DNA of 64,000 nucleotides, from the NCBI GenBank assembly GCA_963662275.1, contig OY759316.1:3232001-3296000 (forward strand), in the 5' to 3' direction. The stretch comes from Candidatus Cloacimonadales bacterium. Lineage in GTDB: Bacteria > Cloacimonadota > Cloacimonadia > Cloacimonadales > DAONDQ01. Positions 60,647 to 64,000 of the stretch are shown piece by piece. The stretch's first letter is position 1. Every line of letters begins with the position of its first letter. The notes below the pieces were generated by a model. The model was not told the DNA's origin and searched no databases. It worked only from the letters and a program-made list of their open reading frames with translations. The position numbers and the translations under genes are program-made.

Positions 60647-60999
60647 CGATTGCGTACCATCTCCACTTCAACATATTCCAAAGTTCCCTGGATAGGGACA
60701 GAAGGTTTTTTGATACTGACCATTGCCTGCATAATTTCCGGAAAAGATTCGAGTGTTATATCCAATATTCTATTCGCACAATTTTCCAGAAGATGAAATT
60801 GCTGCTGTTCCATGATATCCTTAATAGCATCATAGACTTTCGTATAATCCAGAGTATCATCCAGATTGTGAATCTTAGCATCATTTAATGGATCTGTCAT
60901 CGCTGTATAAGAAACAACAAATCGTTGCCCTAATTTACGTTCAGCATCATGGACACCATGAAAACCATAAAACACCATATCATGCAGTTGTATCTTCAT
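60643..60999 (-). CDS. folB: Dihydroneopterin aldolase
   Basis: 'FYGFHGV..ER..GQRF', 'TLDY', 'LLE', 'KP'. Confidence 0.93.
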   Translation of the reverse strand: MKIQLHDMVFYGFHGVHDAERKLGQRFVVSYTAMTDPLNDAKIHNLDDTLDYTKVYDAIKDIMEQQQFHLLENCANRILDITLESFPEIMQAMVSIKKPSVPIQGTLEYVEVEMVRNR

Positions 61000-61438
61000 T
61001 ATTCTCTTCTTCTTTTAAAATCCCATCTGTTGGAATAATATTTATTGATATCTTCTTCCCATAATAATGGTCTATGATTTTTACAACAAAAAAACTGAGT
61101 CCAAGACCTAGAATAGAAAACAGAACAGAGGTGCTTTCTTTAAATGCAAAAACGAATCGCCCTAACACAAAGCCTAATATCATGAAGATGATTGGCAGAA
61201 GAAAGAGCACGAGAGATGAAACGACTTCTGAACCACCCTGGATCTGTAATGTGACTTTATCTCCAATTTTCAAGGGTAAATCTGTTTCCAAAGTAAAATA
61301 CTTGTTTTTATTACCCATTCCACATGCACCGCTCATGTTGCAGGAAGAACATCCTTCTGTTGGACATACTTCTAATGTGACTTTCTTACCGTCAATAGCA
61401 ACAACCGTACTGATATCTTCTTTCGTCATTTCTTGCAT
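60980..61438 (-). CDS. RseC/MucC family membrane protein
   Basis: CxxC...C motif 'GCSSCNMSGACG', 'GDKV', two TMs. Confidence 0.82.
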   Translation of the reverse strand: MQEMTKEDISTVVAIDGKKVTLEVCPTEGCSSCNMSGACGMGNKNKYFTLETDLPLKIGDKVTLQIQGGSEVVSSLVLFLLPIIFMILGFVLGRFVFAFKESTSVLFSILGLGLSFFVVKIIDHYYGKKISINIIPTDGILKEEENNEDTTA

Positions 61439-61454
61439 TTATTAGCCTCTTTTC

Positions 61455-61961
61455 TTATTTTTCATTACAAATTTCACTTCGGAAAACGTCGAGTATCTTC
61501 TCTATTGTATCTGTTGTAGAAAAACCTTCACGATAAAGCAGGCTTTTGACGCTGCCCCCATTAGCAATTACGATATCGGAACCCACTATGTTCTCCGGTA
61601 ACCAATCTCCACCTTTCACGAGGACATTTGGTTTGAGCAAGTTGATTAGATGATAAGGAGTATCTTCGTCAAAAATGACAATATACTCTACTGATGCAAG
61701 CCCCCCTAAAACATAAGCTCGATCCTGCTGGTTATTGATTGGTCTTAGTTCTCCTTTAATACGATGGATCGATGCATCGCTGTTTAATCCTACAGTTAAT
61801 ACATCTCCGTATTCACAGGCATCATGCAAATATGCAACATGACCAGCATGAAGAATATCAAAACAACCATTCGTAAAAACGATCCGCTTATGCTGTTCAT
61901 GAAGCGACTGAGCTATTCTGGCTATTTCGTCCCAAGTCTTGATCTTATGTTCCGGATTCAT
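61455..61961 (-). CDS. rfaE2: D-glycero-beta-D-manno-heptose 1-phosphate adenylyltransferase
   Basis: 'FTNGCFDILHAGH', 'GLNSDAS', 'VKGGDW', 'STT'. Confidence 0.93.
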   Translation of the reverse strand: MNPEHKIKTWDEIARIAQSLHEQHKRIVFTNGCFDILHAGHVAYLHDACEYGDVLTVGLNSDASIHRIKGELRPINNQQDRAYVLGGLASVEYIVIFDEDTPYHLINLLKPNVLVKGGDWLPENIVGSDIVIANGGSVKSLLYREGFSTTDTIEKILDVFRSEICNEK

Positions 61962-62957
61962 TCAGCCTTCTTTTCTTAGTGTATTCTGCATTGAATCAAT
62001 GATTTCCTGCGGATACGCTACTGAAGTTCCCATTTTCCCACAGACAACTCCCGCTGCATGGTTAGCAATTGTGGCAGCGGTTTCAATATCACAACCTGCT
62101 ATCAAACCTAAAGTTAAAGTACTGATTACTGTATCGCCTGCACCGGAGACATCATAGATTTCACGGGCAAATGTGGGAATTGAAATCATATCATTCTCAT
62201 TGGAAAAGATATTGAGCCCTTTCTCACCACGCGTGATGACTAGATATTTAGCTTCAATCTTATTCTGTAAAGCTGAAACAGCCTGTTGAAATTGCTCTTC
62301 TGATTCAATCAAAACACCTAAGTTCTTCTGTAATTCAGCAAAGTTGGGTTTGAATATTGAACAATTCCTGTAATCAAAGAAGTTCTTGAACTTCGGATCC
62401 ACGGCAATAAGTTTGCCAGCTTCATTTCCAAAGCATATGATACTTTCAATCAATTGCTTTGTCAGTAAGCCTTTATTATAATCTTCTATGATGATCGCAT
62501 CTACTTCCGGCAGATGATATTTCACGATTTCCAGTACCTGGTTTTCCAGCTCTTCTGAAATATCAGAATGCTCCTCTTTATCGATGCGAACGATTTGCTG
62601 CTGATGTGCAATGATGCGTGTCTTCAGCGTCGTGGGTCTCGTTTCAGAAGTAAGAATACCCGTCGTATCAATACCTTTCGCCTGGAGCAGCTTCATTATC
62701 TCATCACCGGCACTATCAGCGCCAACAAGCCCGATGATCTTAACAGAAGCACCCAAAGACCTCAAATTGTCAGCCACATTTCCAGAACCACCTAAACGGT
62801 ATTCTTCTTTGTTTACTTCCAGCACAGGAACAGGAGCTTCAGGTGATATCCGGTCAACACTGCCATAGATATAGTGATCAAGCATGATATCACCAATGAC
62901 CATTACCTTTTTCTCTTTGAAAGTCATCAATATCGATCTCAAATTCTTAATTTCCAT
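61962..62957 (-). CDS. rfaE1: D-glycero-beta-D-manno-heptose 7-phosphate kinase
   Basis: 'GDIMLDHY', 'RISPEAPVP', 'DVSGAGDTV'. Confidence 0.93.
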   Translation of the reverse strand: MEIKNLRSILMTFKEKKVMVIGDIMLDHYIYGSVDRISPEAPVPVLEVNKEEYRLGGSGNVADNLRSLGASVKIIGLVGADSAGDEIMKLLQAKGIDTTGILTSETRPTTLKTRIIAHQQQIVRIDKEEHSDISEELENQVLEIVKYHLPEVDAIIIEDYNKGLLTKQLIESIICFGNEAGKLIAVDPKFKNFFDYRNCSIFKPNFAELQKNLGVLIESEEQFQQAVSALQNKIEAKYLVITRGEKGLNIFSNENDMISIPTFAREIYDVSGAGDTVISTLTLGLIAGCDIETAATIANHAAGVVCGKMGTSVAYPQEIIDSMQNTLRKEG

Positions 62958-62964
62958 GTCTCCC

Positions 62965-64000
62965 TCATTTCACTGGGTATTTACCATCAAAACACGCATA
63001 ACAATAATAATCCGGTTCAGATACACAGCTTCTTAAATCTTCTAAGGAAATATATTTTAATGAATCAGCATCACAATGTAATTTGATTTCTTCCAGGTTC
63101 TTTTGGTTAGCAATCAATTTTGTCTCATCAGGAGTATCGATTCCATAAAAACATGAGTACTTAACCTGCGGAGAACCGATACGTAAATGAACTTCTGCTG
63201 CACCAGCATCCTTGAGCATTTTTACTATTTTGCGGATTGTCGTCCCTCGAACAATGGAATCATCTACAAGCACGACTTTCTTACCGGGAAAGAAATTTGG
63301 CAATGGATTGAATTTCTGTCTCACACTTTCATCCCGAATTGTCTGTTCAGGTTTGATGAAAGTCCTGCCGACATAATGGTTTCGTATCAATCCCAAACCG
63401 AAAGGAAGATGCTTGCCATTGGCATATCCCAATCCGATAAAATTCGAAGAATCAGGCACAGGTATCGCATGATCAGGATGACACTCCTCATCTTTTTCAG
63501 CCAGCTTCAGACCTATCTTTTCCCTGATAGAATAGACATTCTCACCGAAATGAAAGCTATCCGGGCGCGAAAAATAGATCTGTTCAAAAATACAGTGCTT
63601 TTCATGCTCAGTGACTCTATATTGACGAGGTGAATTTTCGATGGTCTGAATTCCCTGCTCAGTGACCATAATAATGCCGGCTGATGGTACTTCAAACCTT
63701 TCAACAACACCGAGTATATCAAGAGCACAACTTTCTGAAGCAACTACGACAGTTCCATCACTTCGTTTTCCCCACACCATCGGGCGGATGGCATAAGGAT
63801 CACGAAACATGATCAACTCCTGCCTGGTTGCCATTACAGTTGAAAAGGCTCCTTTCACACGATGCATCATAAGTTTGATCGCATCGACAATCGTCATACT
63901 CTCTTTTTCAACGTGATAGGCAATGTACTTGAGTATCAATTCACCATCATTTTCACTGGCAAAATATACTCCCTTTCCTTCCAATTCTGTCCTGACATCC
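62965..64000 (-). CDS. purF: Amidophosphoribosyltransferase (5' end outside the window)
   Basis: 'RDPYAIRP', 'CIFEQIYFSRPDS', 'VDDSIVRGTT', 'CFYGID', 'CYACFDGKYP'. Confidence 0.95.
   Translation of the reverse strand, partial: DVRTELEGKGVYFASENDGELILKYIAYHVEKESMTIVDAIKLMMHRVKGAFSTVMATRQELIMFRDPYAIRPMVWGKRSDGTVVVASESCALDILGVVERFEVPSAGIIMVTEQGIQTIENSPRQYRVTEHEKHCIFEQIYFSRPDSFHFGENVYSIREKIGLKLAEKDEECHPDHAIPVPDSSNFIGLGYANGKHLPFGLGLIRNHYVGRTFIKPEQTIRDESVRQKFNPLPNFFPGKKVVLVDDSIVRGTTIRKIVKMLKDAGAAEVHLRIGSPQVKYSCFYGIDTPDETKLIANQKNLEEIKLHCDADSLKYISLEDLRSCVSEPDYYCYACFDGKYPVK

Noticed and set aside
73..63743. Numerous short antisense or overlapping ORFs in the track
   Set aside because: They are shadows of well-supported genes, without RBS or motifs.
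1..64000. tRNA, rRNA, intact transposase or prophage genes
   Set aside because: None recognised by eye; tRNAscan-SE and profile searches would be needed to exclude them formally.

Overview
AT-rich bacterial chromosome segment; the protein style (many secreted proteins ending in a 'YPNPFNP...IYNIKGQLV...SGVYFY' sorting domain) suggests Candidatus Cloacimonadota or a related FCB lineage, which is inference. Almost all genes are on the minus strand. Housekeeping blocks: buk, pfkA-tkt, folD-ymdB-rny-6S RNA-zapA-pheT-pheS-rplT-rpmI-infC with an L20-type leader, a K+ channel with a cNMP-binding partner, the MoxR/DUF58/BatA-E operon, argS, rsfS, HIT, a folK-glmU fusion, folB, hldC/hldA and partial purF. 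Between them lie accessory regions with nine CTD-bearing secreted proteins: a C25 gingipain-like protease, a tandem FG-GAP triplet (middle copy with an in-frame TGA), an M14 peptidase with a dockerin-like module, clostripain, a small CTD protein and a tandem variable-N/constant-C pair. Intergenic spaces are full of REP-like palindromes, heptamer microsatellites and 11-bp-period arrays. The best candidate for a new system is a two-gene cassette at 35831-37543, bracketed by a 21-bp direct repeat. It holds an FGE/C-type-lectin-fold gene whose 3' end has the codon signature of a diversity-generating-retroelement variable region (no RT or template repeat seen in the window), plus a small CTD protein that shares a short N-terminal module with it. 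A phased DnaA-box cluster (16030-16222) and a candidate orphan sRNA (47376-47515) also merit follow-up.
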